From: Eledone cirrhosa
Lineage: Eukaryota
Direction: 5' to 3'
DNA length: 64,000 bases
Assembly: GCA_964016885.1 (NCBI GenBank)
Contig: OZ024742.1
Span: 213,342,001-213,406,000, forward strand
Part shown: piece after piece, positions 1-12,667 of the stretch
Layout: each line of letters begins with the position of its first letter
How positions within the stretch are numbered: the stretch's first letter is position 1
Notes under the pieces: generated by a model
The model's input: only the letters and a program-made list of their open reading frames with translations
The model's database searches: none
Told to the model about the DNA's origin: nothing
Program-made: the position numbers and the translations under genes

Positions 1-63
<63 letters not shown>
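1..63. repeat. (TA)n/(TG)n microsatellite
   Basis: Direct dinucleotide run. Confidence 0.95.
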
Positions 64-64
<1 letters not shown>

Positions 65-204
65 AATATAATCAATCAACTGATCAACTGATCATGGTTA
101 TTGGCTTCAAATCGTCTCATGTGATATGTCATAGTTACAGAAATTACTCTTCAGGTCGTCACAGAAGAAAGCAGAAGATATTTAAAAGGATGAAAGGATA
201 GAAA

Positions 205-710
205 GATGGATAACATTTTTGAAATGTTTTATATATTTTTACGGTTCCATTAATGGATTGTACTTGTAATTTCCTAACTAGTTGTGTTCTTCTCAAGATT
301 TGTATTGCGACAGTTACTAACATACCCCAGTGCCCCAATAATCACAGGCATAAATCTGAAGGTGTAATCAGGGTGGAGTATCTGCAGATTTCTCATTAGT
401 TCTGCATAAATATTCTTCTTTTCGCTAATCTTTGATATTATATTGGCAACTTCTGGGCAGCTAATTTCTACTACTGTGCATGCTTTCTTCTCTCTGTCCC
501 ATATCATAATATCTGGTCTGTTATGCCTGCATTTTATTGGGGTTTTTACTGGAACATTCCACCAGTACTCTTTCATATTATGTACGTGGATGTCTTCCAC
601 ATAGTTATATCTTTTAATGTGTTTATTATCGGGGCTATTTTTTTAACGGATTGCATTGTACAGTGTTTTGGCCACTACATCATGCCTCATAGGTAGATAG
701 TACCGCGATG
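205..710 (-). mobile_element. 3' fragment of a restriction-like endonuclease (RLE) non-LTR retrotransposon (R4/Dong/CRE-like)
   Basis: Minus strand reads YYLPMRHDVVAK (RHD motif), then ORF 274..600 with HNRPDI...VVEISCP...K..Y...PVIIGALG, typical of the PD-(D/E)xK-type RLE domain. Confidence 0.8.
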
Positions 711-1230
711 TTTACTTGGTGAGGAGGGTGATTTTGGACACCCTGCAGGACAAAAAACAAAACCTGACAAAGGGCGGAAGAACTCATAAGAGTCAACGGC
801 CATCTAAAACTGTGTAAATATGTATATACATATGTATGTATATGTATATGCGTATATATATGGGTGCATGTGTATGTATATGCGCGGGGACATAGAAATA
901 GTCGGGGTGGACACCCGATCGCGTGGTTAAACCACTGGGACTGAAGGTCCCCTAGCCTTTGTCAGGGCATTCTTCTGGGAGAAGGCAACTCAGGAAACTG
1001 GGATAACTCCGATATAAAACCTGCGGCTTAGTAGTTACCGATGATGTTGATCTTTTCTTCTCTTCGGGTTATAGCTACTATCGCTCAGAGAGTGGGATTG
1101 GCTCAGTGCAGAGCCTTTTCTCACTTTAAAAAATATCTTCACGCACAGGCATTGCACGATAGAATTAATTAATAATTATTAATAATGGTATATCGTGCAA
1201 TGACCATACTTGATAACGAGGGGGCAGCTT
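711..1230 (+). mobile_element. dispersed repeat, probably the 5' UTR of an RTE-like LINE
   Basis: 711-810 and 1015-1210 align by eye to 58590-58690 and 58765-58950. The RTE assignment is recalled resemblance only. Confidence 0.45.
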
Positions 1231-1599
1231 TCATCATATATTTATGTTCTTCTGTTTTTTTTTATTTCACTAATTTTTGCCAATAGAGAGACAGTCGGTT
1301 TCTAACATAGATACACCCCAACATAACACCCCAAACATCATTGTTATCATGGTAAGGTGGGGGTGAAAAGTCCGAGAGTGACCCACCCCTCCGTTTTCCA
1401 GGGATAAAAGTCCTTTGCAGGTTATTGGTATGTAATATTAAATGGTACCGCAGGAAAAACCAAGAGAAAATGAAATGGTAAAGAAAACTTGTTCGGAGGG
1501 GGTGGGTGTGAAAAGCTCGAGGGTTCCTCCCTTTTCCGAGAAAAAAGTCCTTGGGTCCATATCAGGAGATGACTTTAATTAATAGCACACGAAAAAACA

Positions 1600-2548
1600 G
1601 CCACAGGAAACAAGTACCACCAATCTCTGGGAGGGCCCTGTAGAAACAGTAGACAGCTTCTGCTACCTAGGTGACCGAATTAGCAACGGAAGTGGGTGCT
1701 CAGAAAGTACAATAACTAGGGTAAGAACGGGATGGAAGAAGTTTAGGGAACTACTACCACTGCTAGCTGCAAAAGGCTTCTCCCTCAGAATGAAAGGCAG
1801 ACTGTATGATGCGTGTATCCGAACAGCGATGTTGCATGGTAGTGAGACCTGGGCGCTGAAGGTGGAAGACTTACGTAGATTAGAGAGAAACGAAGCCTGC
1901 ATGCTCCGATGGATGTGTAACAGTAATATACGTGAACGACAAAGCATAAAGGAATTGAGAGAGAGACTGAGCATAAGAGGAATCAAATGCTGCGTGCAGG
2001 AGAGGCGGTTACGCTGGTATGGACATGTGATGCGTATGAAGGATGACAGCTGCATAAAAAGGTGCAGAGCACTAGAAGTTGATGGAAACCGCGGAGTGGG
2101 GAGACCCAAGATGACTTGGGATGAGGTGATAAAAGCCGACCTTACCCAACTACACCTCTCAAAGTCAATGACACACGACCGTGACTTCTGGCGTCACGCA
2201 GTAATACAGGGTACCCGACCTCCCATGGGTACATGCTGAAGCATATAAACAATATGCCCCCCCCCCCCCCCCCCTCCACCGCAAGGTGGCCGTGGAGGCG
2301 CCACGGCAAAAAAGCACCCAGCCCACACTGTAAAGTGGACGTGTAGGCGCCACGAAAAAGCACCCAGCACTCACTGTAAATGAGGTTGGTGTTAGGAAGG
2401 GCATCCAGCTGTAGAAATCAAGCCAGATCAGTTCCTGTATGAGCAAGGCATGGTCAGCCGACCAGACACTGCCCACAACAGGACAACCCGTCTAACCCAT
2501 GCTAGCGTGGAAGAACGGACGTAAAACGGTGATGATGATGATGATGAT
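1600..2548 (+). mobile_element. RTE-clade LINE, 5'-truncated, with 3' UTR and (GAT)n tail
   Basis: VDSFCYLGD...GWKKFRELLP...MLHGSETW...RLRWYGHVMR...GRPKMTW (ORF 1790..2239); ends in (GAT)n at about 2530-2548. Confidence 0.85.
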
Positions 2549-2710
2549 ACAATACTCTCTCATTGGAATTTACACAGCATCAACTAGGTAGATATGTGTG
2601 CAAGTTTGCATGCATGCATGTGTGTGCAGGTATGGATATTATTGTATGTGTGGATGTGGATGTTTTGAGTCACATGTGTGCATGTGCATGTACAAGTGTA
2701 TATGCAGTTA

Positions 2711-2920
2711 TTAGATGCAACATTTTTGGAATGTTTTACATATTTTTACTGTTCCATTAATGGATTGTACTTGTAATTTCCTAACTAGTTGTGTTCTTTC
2801 TGTTCCCGTGAAGCCTAGCTTCTCAAGGCTTGTATTGAGGCAGTTACTAACATATTCCATTGCCCCAATAATCACAGGTATAAATCTTAAGGTATTGTCA
2901 GGATGGAGTATCTGCAGATA
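2711..2920 (-). mobile_element. RLE non-LTR retrotransposon 3' fragment (same family as 205-710)
   Basis: LQILHPDNTLRFIPVIIGAMEYVSNCLNTSLEKLGF...GTVKICKTF; DNA closely similar to 210-390. Confidence 0.8.
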
Positions 2921-2923
2921 GAC

Positions 2924-2925
<2 letters not shown>

Positions 2926-2956
<31 letters not shown>

Positions 2957-3014
2957 TGTATGTATGTATGTATGTATGTATGTATGTATGTATGTATGTA
3001 TGTATGTATGTATG
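2926..3014. repeat. (ATGT)n microsatellite
   Basis: Direct tetranucleotide run. Confidence 0.95.
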
Positions 3015-3084
3015 TTATCTCTTTCTCTTAATTTCGAGTATATTTTTTTGACCGGCCACCTTCCTGGTGGCAAGGTTGTAAAAG

Positions 3085-3504
3085 AAAAGAAATTGTCATC
3101 CCTTGAATCACAAGAATGTTTTGCGAATTTTGAAGGTGCCAGCTATCGCAGCCATTTGTAGACTATGAATTAGGGAGCTGCGCTTTTTGTCCGCAAATCC
3201 AAGTTCAGTCATACTTTGGTCCAAGCGGGTTGGTATATAACCCGTAGCACCAATAATGATGGGTATGAAGCTAAAGGTGTATCTTGGATACTGGATTTGT
3301 AAACTGCTCATCAATGGTCCGTAGATGTCCTCCTTCTCCTGTATTTTTCTGACAACGTTTATATCAAGTGGGCAACTGATCTCCACAACAGAACACGTTT
3401 TCAATATGTGGTCCCAAACAACAATATCAGGCCGGTTGTGCTTTAATTTGGTGGCAGTTTTTATTTTCAGGTTCCACCAGTATTCCTTAGTGCCATCTGT
3501 CTCA

Positions 3505-3505
<1 letters not shown>
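3085..3505 (-). mobile_element. RLE non-LTR retrotransposon 3' fragment (related subfamily)
   Basis: KEYWWN...KHNRPDIVVWD upstream of ORF 3108..3404 (VVEISCPLD...K.DIY...PIIIGATG). Confidence 0.8.
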
Positions 3506-3535
<30 letters not shown>

Positions 3536-3590
3536 TGTATGTATGTATGTATGTATGTATGTATGTATGTATGTATGTATGTATGTGTGT
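3506..3590. repeat. (ATGT)n microsatellite
   Basis: Direct run. Confidence 0.95.
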
Positions 3591-5314
3591 ATACTAGGAA
3601 AGACAGAAAGAAGATATATGGCTGAATACAACATTTATAGGATATGTATAGACTATGTGGTTTCTGGAGGGTGGGGTGTAAGGATTGAAAAATAAAAGCC
3701 CATGTATTAAAGCATAAATTATGAAGGTAGAGGCTAGAGCCTAAGATACTGCATTTGTCATTCACGTATTTACGCCGTGCAGATACCAAGAAATGACTGC
3801 ACCTTCATGTGGTCCTCTGTGTAAGACCTTGGAATGTATTTTCTTTCGTATCTGAATTTCACTGCTATCTCCAATTTTCACTGCTATCTCCAATAACATC
3901 TTGTTATTTTGAATATTTCTATATAATTATTTTCCTTGCAATGCTTTTACTGTTGTTCCTGTATGATCTGAATTGTTCGAGTATTTTCTACCGTACACTG
4001 TAATTAGAGGCACTTCTTTCTGGAAAGCTTAGTCGCACATCGCATTTCGGTATACTATGAAGTTAGACAGGTGATTACAACAGCCTGTCTTAAATTTTTT
4101 TCGATTATTTCCGTATATTGCTTGATTTTGTTTTGCTTGGCGTTTAAATGCTCAATTTCATTTTGGTACATAATGACTTTAATATTCCATTGTTTTTGGA
4201 CAAATGTCTCTGAATTCATATCGGACACCGCTACCAAAGTTCTATGACTGAAGACTTCTCATTATGCTGGGCAGCTTCTAATTTTATATGTCATATTTCA
4301 TATTTTCTTTACAACAATAAGCAAGATTTTTCTGCATCGTACCTCATCGGTACACAACAATAGAGCAACATATAGTCAAGTCATTATATTATCTTCAACT
4401 GTTCAACTAATATATACATATATAGGTATGTAGGCTCTAATATATGTATATGTGTATGAGTATGATTTTGTACGAGTGTTTGTAAGTAAATACTTTTTGT
4501 TAAAGTCTTTGTAGATGTAGCCATTATTAATACATACTGTCTAACAACCATGTGCTTAATACATACACATACATGCACACATAGTTGCATACACACATAT
4601 TTACATACATTCGTAAGCACATACATACGCACATAGTTACATACATATACGTGTTTGTTTGAGTCTATATATGTGTGTTTGTGTATATCGGTGTATGTAT
4701 TTGTGTGCACGTGTGTGTCTGTGAATATATGTGCGAACGAAAGTGGAGAAAGAGGGGGAGTGATTGAGAAGAGAGAGAAATACAAAGACAGAGGCAGAGA
4801 GTGTGAAACAGAAGATTGTGGGTGAAATATTTATCAGAATCTTAACTGGTTCATGAGCGATGTGTTCTAGAGCAGTACAATGTTATGAACTAATTTGTTA
4901 TGGTTTATCAGGTGATTTCAGACATAACATTAGATTCGGAATGCTAAAACAGGTTTTGGTGTGTAAATATTCCCGTAGATGGAAATCCTTGGATACACTC
5001 TCATGTCTTTGTTTGGTTCTCAATGCTCGCTTTATCCACAAAACATTTAAAATTTGACTGTAACAGATAAACTTCGAATATCATTCATTAGCATAATACA
5101 TCGATATTTCATCACACATACAGGATTATATGAAGAAACATATCCTCATAGCAACACATGACATGAGAGAGATAAAAAGAAATAAATAAGTGAGTGAGCG
5201 AGATATATAGATAGATAAAATGAGGGGTATATAGACAGACAGATAATGAGAGAGCTGGGACAGTGAGAGGAGAATAGGAGCAAGTAGTGAGGATTAACGA
5301 ATGAAAAGGGAAAT

Positions 5315-5600
5315 ACGTATGTTTGTATGTATGTATGTATGAATGTATGTATGTATGTATAAATGTATGTATGTACGTACTTATGTATGTACGTACTTAT
5401 GTATGCATGTGTGTATGTATGTATGTATGTATGTATGTATGTATGTATGTATGTATGTATGTATGTATGTATGTATGTATGTATGTATGTATCTATGTGT
5501 GTGTGTATGTGTATGTATAAGTAAGTATGTATGTATGTACATATCCATGTATGTGTGTGTGTATGTGTATGTATAAGTATGTATGTATGTATGTACATAT
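5315..5600. repeat. compound (ATGT)n/(GT)n microsatellite
   Basis: Direct run. Confidence 0.9.
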
Positions 5601-5968
5601 CCATATACGGAAATGTGATATATCTGATATTTCTTGTAGAAATGGATATTAAAACATCTCATATATTTATTTCAATACAACCTAGTTCTTGCTATTTTAC
5701 AACTAAAGTGAATTACATCCCGAGGGGAACGAAACTGTATTAGCAGAGATGATTAAACATAGATGAGCACATATGCAGAGATACATACGTGCGTAGGCAC
5801 AACACAAGCAAGCTCACAGATATGCACCCACACATACAACACATACACTCACACAACACAACACACTATACATAAATATATATATATAAACATAGATATA
5901 CACGCATATATACACGCATATATATATATATGATATACATATATGATGTACGTATATGCATGTACATG

Positions 5969-6006
<38 letters not shown>

Positions 6007-6029
6007 TTATTAAAATAACAACATATATG

Positions 6030-6280
6030 TTGATTTAAAACTTCACTATTCACAAGTGTTTCTTAACCTTCATATCATGTATCCCTATTTTATCTGATGA
6101 AAACGCAGATATCATCCCATGATGATATTTGTTTTTGAAATGCGCATAATAAAATACTTGGATCTCTTTTAACCATCTTTTGATCTTATATTATTTATAC
6201 TCCAGTCCTACAAACTGTAGAGTGCTACTTATCCGATATTTGCATTGCTTTATTGTGCTACAATAAAATTCACCTCCTAC

Positions 6281-6282
<2 letters not shown>
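6030..6282 (+). mobile_element. short non-coding HHR-bearing element, family A (PLE pLTR-like), between (TA)n tracts
   Basis: Homologous copies at about 23680-23835 and 56975-57280. Confidence 0.7.
6086..6156 (+). ncRNA. type I hammerhead ribozyme motif, family A
   Basis: tattttat-CTGATGA-[aaacgcagatatcatc ccat gatgatatttgttttt]-GAAA-T gcgc A-TA-ataaaata; 8-bp stem I, long stem II, palindromic minimal stem III, AUA triad. Confidence 0.8.
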
Positions 6283-6543
<261 letters not shown>

Positions 6544-6759
6544 TCTGAGACAGTGATAGTTGTATGGTAACAATAAACAAACGTCATCCATTACGCAATG
6601 AGCCTCATTACTGTTGCTATAAACATCTTTGGGAGTGTATCAGAAACTCCACTATTGTTCTATAGGATTTATTCATTATCAATGCGAGGGAAGTGGGAGG
6701 GAAGAACTGTTAGAGAGTCATAAAAGTACATGTGGTGTATGTTCCAGTTCTTTACATTC

Positions 6760-6990
6760 AAATCACACTAAGGGCAACCTTGCCTTCCATCTTTCCATTG
6801 TCGATAAAATAAAGCACCATTCAAGTAAAGAGGTTGATTTTAATCAATGTACCTCCCTCTAAATTACTGGTTTTAGTGGGTTGTTAAAATCGTTAGAGCG
6901 TCGGACGAAAGGCTTAGCAACATTTAGTTATGGCCCTTTATGTTCTAAGTTCAAATCTTGCCGATGTCAATTTTGCCTTTCATCCTTCCG
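6760..6990 (+). mobile_element. two decayed tRNA-derived SINE copies
   Basis: Contain aagttcaaatc (B-box-like) and gcctttcatcctt / gtcgataaaataaag motifs shared with the SINEs at 61180-61565. Confidence 0.6.
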
Positions 6991-7947
6991 CAGTCTGTCA
7001 TATGGAAAAAGTATTCTCTGTTGAGGTTGACATCCAGCTGCTAAACAGATTACATACGGGCTCTTGGTCAACGTAAACATAGCTGAATGAAGATACTTAA
7101 TGACAACATAATCAAAATAAGCCAGGTCACGCAAATGCATGCTGATTTAATTCCCTTCTTCCAATACTTTGGCTTTGGTAGCACTGTCTCTGACTTACCT
7201 AGTTTGTCTGTCTGATGAAATATTTAAAGAATATAAACCACTTAGAATTCATCTAAGTTTGCATATTGCATACTTAAAAAAAAAAGAAAAAGAAAAAAGA
7301 AATAGGAAAAAGAGAGAAAAAAGTTAAATTCTGAAAATAAGAGAAAAAGAAGGGGGCAACAAACGCTTACTAGATTCTAGGCGCTATGACTTCGTAACGC
7401 CCCAACTAAAATAGTGGGGAAGACATTGCCACGGAGAACAGCCATCGAAACCTGCTACTTCCGCCATTTTACCTCACAGAGCACATTGCTCTGGCAGGAT
7501 GCGCTCCTCCCTATTTTGCAGAGGAAAATGGAAGTTTGAGGACCGAAGATACGAGTAGTCTCGGGGCGGTGACCGGCACGAAAAGGAAGCCGTTTGATTG
7601 TCTATCCGCTTGATTGTCTCTCCGCCAGAATGTCTGTCTGATTGTTTCTCCTCCTAATTGTTTGATCGTCTGTCTCTCAGTCTGAATGTTTGCCCATCTT
7701 ATTACCTGCCTGTCAGATTGTTTCTCGTTCTGATTGGTTGCCTGTCTGCTTGTCTGCATGTTTGTTTGTTTGATGGTATGTTTGTCTGACAGACAATCCG
7801 TCTGATTGTCTGTCAGTCTAATTGTCTCTCAGTCTGATTGTCTGTTTGTCTCGGTGTCTGTATATCTCCCAGAAATGCCAAGGAACATACATACGCTGCT
7901 TGCAGTGTATTTTTCTTTTTGTCTATTTTTTTCCAGAAAACTAGAAT

Positions 7948-8047
<100 letters not shown>

Positions 8048-8137
8048 ATGTAAAAGGTAAACAAAAATAACAACACAATCGGTACAGTATATGGAAGGTT
8101 ATATATTAGGCTAACGCTTGATATAGCAGGAAGAGGG

Positions 8138-8173
8138 TCTTAACGTTTTGGACGCTAGTCCTTCATCAGAAGA
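8138..8173 (-). ncRNA. minimal hammerhead motif in the downstream pLTR, core mutated (GAAA>AAAA)
   Basis: tctt-CTGATGA-a-ggac tagc gtcc-AAAA-CG-TT-aaga. Confidence 0.6.
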
Positions 8174-8276
8174 AAGAATAAGAAATAAAATAGATTGCGG
8201 GGACGGGCGGGATGGAATTGGAAAAAATGTCTTTAGATAAAAATAACAGGTCCACTTGAGCACCTGTGTAAGCAGG

Positions 8277-8330
<54 letters not shown>

Positions 8331-8530
8331 ATTATAGGTCCGTACGAAGCTAAGAAGAAATGTGTGTGTATATGTGAGTAAAAGAGTGTGTGTGTGTGCA
8401 TGTAAGTACGAAGCTATGAGCAAAAGTATGTTAATATAAGGGTGTGTTTCGGCATGTATTAGTAGTAAGAGAAGCTGCTAATGATCAAGAGAAAGCGATG
8501 GAATCTAGGGGTGTGATAATGGACGGGGTA

Positions 8531-11242
8531 TTAGAGAAATTGGAGAGGCGAGTTGAGTCCAAGAGGGGAATATGACCCAAGACGGTGAATCAGACTTTGT
8601 TCAGTCCTGGTGCGCGAGGCCTGTGATCCATGATGTAAAAGGACACCCAGGACTAAAACATGTAGGGAAGAATGACCAGGAGAACAGAAATGACGGGCGA
8701 CAGGAGTATCCAAACCGAGTCGTATGTTCCTCAAATGTTCGGCAAAACGGTCTGCCCTACGGCGTCCCGTTTGTCCGATATATAAAGACCCGCAAAGGGA
8801 ACACCAGAGGGCATAAAGAACGTGGGTGGATGTACAGGTGAAGGAATGGCGGATACGGATAGAACCGTTAGGGCCTGTAAGAGTGGTCAGGGTGGAAATA
8901 AAGGGACAAGTTATGCAGCGGGAACGGGAACAAGGATGAGAGCCGGGCGGAGTCGTGGGAGAGGACGAAAAAGAACTGCGAACCAGGAGGTAGCGGAGGT
9001 TTCGGGCGCGCTTAAAAGCAGTAATGGGTGGGTTTGGAAAAAAGCGAGAAGTGACGGGGTCAGAAGAGTGGATACGGAAAAAACGGAGGATATGTCGCAG
9101 GAGTGGTAGGGTGATGGGCTGGTAGGTGAGAGTGAAAGGAACACGGGTGTTGGGAGGGCGGGGGTGATGTGAGAGGGCTGTGGTGCGGTCTGTTTCACGG
9201 GAGCGGGTGAGAGCAGCTTCGATCAAGGTGGGGGATGAAGAAGGAAGCCATGCGAAGGGAATGGGTTTCGAAATCGTCGTCCTGGCCACAGAGTCGACGA
9301 AGACGGAGGAATTGGGAATAGGCTATGGAGTGTTTGGTGTGGGTTGGATGGGAGGAGGTGAAGTCGAGATAAGATTGGGAGTCTGTTGGTTTAATGAAGA
9401 TGGAAGTAGAGAGGGTGTGGTGAGAGTGATTAATAGATAGAGAGATATCTAGAAAAGGGACAGAAGAATCGGAGACGGAGGCGGTGAAATTGAGAGCAGG
9501 GTGGAAATATTGGACAAAAGAAAGAAAACAGTCGAGCTGTTCTCGTGATAGAGAGGTGGCGCCGATACAGTCGTCGATATAAGGACCGTATAACTCAGGA
9601 GTCGGTCCAGCGTACTGGAAGAAGATCTGGGCTTCGACGTAGCCAACAAACAAGTTGGCACAGTTTGGACCCATTCTGGTTTCCATCGCTACCCAGAGAC
9701 CTGCTGGTAAAATTCACCCAAAAAAGAAAATCCCTTAAGGGTGAGAACAAGCTCAGTCAGACGGAGAAGAGTGGTAGTGCTGGGGTAAAGGGTAGGGTGT
9801 AAATCTAAAATATGCTGGAGAACGCGGAGGCCGTCATCATGAGGGATGACGGTATAGAGAGAAGTGATGTCCAGGGTAAAGAGAAGGCGGGAGGGACCAG
9901 GAGGGAAGGAGGAGAAAGAGTTGAAAAGTCTAAGGGCATGATTTGTATCGTGGATGTGGGTGGGAGATTGCCGACCAACGGGGCGAAGATGATGTCTAAA
10001 TATTCAGAAATTATCTCGGTGGGGCAGTTGCATGCAAAAACGATAGGACGGCCAGGATTATTTTGTTTGTGTATTTTGGGGAGGATTTAGATGGTGAGTG
10101 TGCGAGGGGTGCGTACAATAAGGTTGGTGGCTGTGGGGTCGAAGGATAAAGGGCGGTAAAAAAAGGTTATTGTGAAGCTGGCGGAGAGCCTCAGCCCTAT
10201 AGAGGTCAGCGCTCCAAACCACCACAGCGCCACCATTGTCAGCGGGTTTGATGACAACGTCATCGCGACACCGAAGGTTGCGAAGAGCGGAAAGATCAGT
10301 CCGCGTGATGTTAGAACGACGAGAATGCTGGTGGAAACGGAACCGAATCACAGTACGCCGGCAAGTATCGACAAAGGAGTCGAGGGTGCTGAACTGGCCA
10401 GAACTCGGCGTCCAATGTGATTGGCCGGCGACTGAGATGAGTGAAGTCATCCGTCTGTGTTGATGATGGCGTGTCGTGAAAAAAGCTTTCAGCTTTAATC
10501 GACGGAAGAACCCTTCGATCTCGGCACGTGTGCAGAACTCGTCGCAGGTAGATGTGGTTGGTATAAAACGCAAACCACGGGGGAGGAGGGAGCGCTCAGC
10601 TCCGGAGAGTGGTAGGTCCTGGGGTATGGTAACTACAGTGCAAGGACGTGAGGGAGAGAAAGAGGCGAAAGCGGAGGGGTCAAGGTGGTTGGGAAAAGCG
10701 TGTGCAGATTCAGTGGTAGGTAACGGGATAGAGGGGTTAGGGTTGGAGGTGATATGAGTATGGGTGGTGACGGCAGGCGGGCAGCGGAGAGAGTCGAGTT
10801 TATGGTCTTTTGCGGAAGTGAGGAAATTGAAAAAGAGGCGATTGAGGAAAAGGATGAATTGGATAAGGGATTGGGCGAGGAAAGGGTGGCAAGTGGAAGA
10901 GAGATAGCGGTAGGCCTTGGGGAGATCTCGGTCGAGAGAACGGATTTGGGCGAGAGTTGATCGAATGGTCGCCCGCATGAGCTGGCGAGAGGAGCGGGTA
11001 AGGATGGGCTCAGTGGTGGGAGCAGAGTAAGAGGTGGGGTGAAACTTGAGGCGGAAACCGCGGGGAATGAGGTGGTGGTGGCGACAGCGACTTAAAAATG
11101 TGATGTGACTGTTGAATTGTGTTTTGGTGAAGATGAGGTTGGAGAGATGCAGAGAGGATTGGATGCATATAGGGGGGAGAGGTTGGAAGAAGCGCTTGAG
11201 AGTAGAATGGAGCTGGCGGAGAAAAGATTTGAGATAGGGCAT
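8531..11242 (-). pseudogene. PLE reverse transcriptase / GIY-YIG endonuclease ORF, frameshifted
   Basis: VIKPADNGGAVVVW; PKIHKQNNPGRPIV; AMETRMGPNCANLFV; YIDD; CSRSRCITC; VLYALWCSLCGSLYIGQTGR...RFAEH...PVARHF...E...GLN. Confidence 0.9.
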
Positions 11243-11467
11243 ATTGGAGGTACTAGGGTGGGAGTGAAAAATAGAAGGGTGAGAAGAATGTAGTAGAGGA
11301 AAAGTGGTAGAGAGTCATGGAATATTTAAATGCAAGAAGCAAAGAAAATTTCAAAGATACGAAAGATTTCCTGGTGGAAGTTCAGGTGTACTCCGGGTTG
11401 GTATCCAGTTTCGAGGTGAAAGTCAAATCAGAAAATCCAACGAATTTTGAGAGGTCCACGTAAGCGT

Positions 11468-11520
<53 letters not shown>

Positions 11521-11603
11521 AAAAGTAAACAGAAATAACAACACAATCGGTGCAGTATATGGAAGGTATATATTAGGTTAACGCTTGATATAGCAGGAAG
11601 AGG

Positions 11604-11639
11604 TCTTAACGTTTCGGACGCTAGTCCTTCATCAGAAGA
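11604..11639 (-). ncRNA. minimal type I hammerhead motif in the upstream pLTR (family B)
   Basis: tctt-CTGATGA-a-ggac tagc gtcc-GAAA-CG-TT-aaga; palindromic AACGTT stem III, GUU triad. Confidence 0.75.
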
Positions 11640-11748
11640 AAGAATGAGAAATAAAATAGATTAAGGGGACGGGCGGGATGGAATTCGAAAATTGTGTCTT
11701 TAGATAAAAATAACAGTTCCATTCATGTTGACATCTCTTGCAAAACTG

Positions 11749-11800
<52 letters not shown>

Positions 11801-11904
11801 TAGCAGAGGTACCCGGCGTTGCCCGGTATAACTCTCAATGGAGTAGTCGTTCAAATGAACCGAAAGACTTCCGTTAAACACGACTATAGAAGTAAAAATT
11901 TATA

Positions 11905-12290
11905 GGTGTTGGCCGTAAAGAGGGCCTTTGAACGTTCACTTTTAAATATCTCTGCGGCGGTGCTGCCAGCAAAGATGAATCCGATGGTAACAATTTAAAG
12001 TTGGTGGCCCTAAAGAGGACTTGGATCGTTCACTCTTAAAAGTCTCAGCGGCGGTGCTGCCAGCAAAGACGAATCCAGCGAAAACAATTTATAGTTGGTG
12101 GCCCTGAAGAGGACTTTTTAACGTTCACTTCGAAATATCTCAGCGACGGTGCTGCCAGCAAAGATGAATCCGATGGTAATAATTTAAACTTGGTGGCCCT
12201 GAGGAGGGCCTTGGATCGTTCACTCTTAAAATTCCCAGCGGCAGAGCTGTCAGCAAAGACGACTCCGATTATAGGTGGTGGCCCTTAACA
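11905..12290. repeat. about 94-bp tandem minisatellite (about 4 copies) in the Helitron 3' region
   Basis: Anchor ttggtggccct..gagg recurs at about 11908, 12001, 12095, 12190 and 12274. Confidence 0.85.
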
Positions 12291-12667
12291 CGTCTTTCAC
12301 ACCACTTTGGTGTGTCGTATTTGTTTTGCTTGTTATTTGAGATTGTAACCTAGAAAAGCATGTAACAATCGGTGGCAACACAAAAACGTCCTTGTCAAGA
12401 TCACGCTGGAATGTCAAAAAAATGTGTAAATAAGATGTAGGGAAAAGTAGATTAATTAGGTTAAAATTACGGAACATCGATAGCAAAGCGTAATAGCAAC
12501 ATATAAATGCGGAAAACGGAGATATTGAACATTTATAACGTATAGCAAAAGCAACCTCAGAAGCGTACGTGGTATTGTCAAAAGGACAAAAATAGCACAC
12601 AGATACAGCAAATGTAAGCACTTATACAAAACAAAAATCAGCGATTACTTGTTGGCGGATGGGGTGC

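Noticed and set aside
11905-12290. Regular repeats as a CRISPR array
   Set aside because: The whole unit is repeated with no unique spacers, there are no cas genes, and the context is a eukaryotic Helitron.
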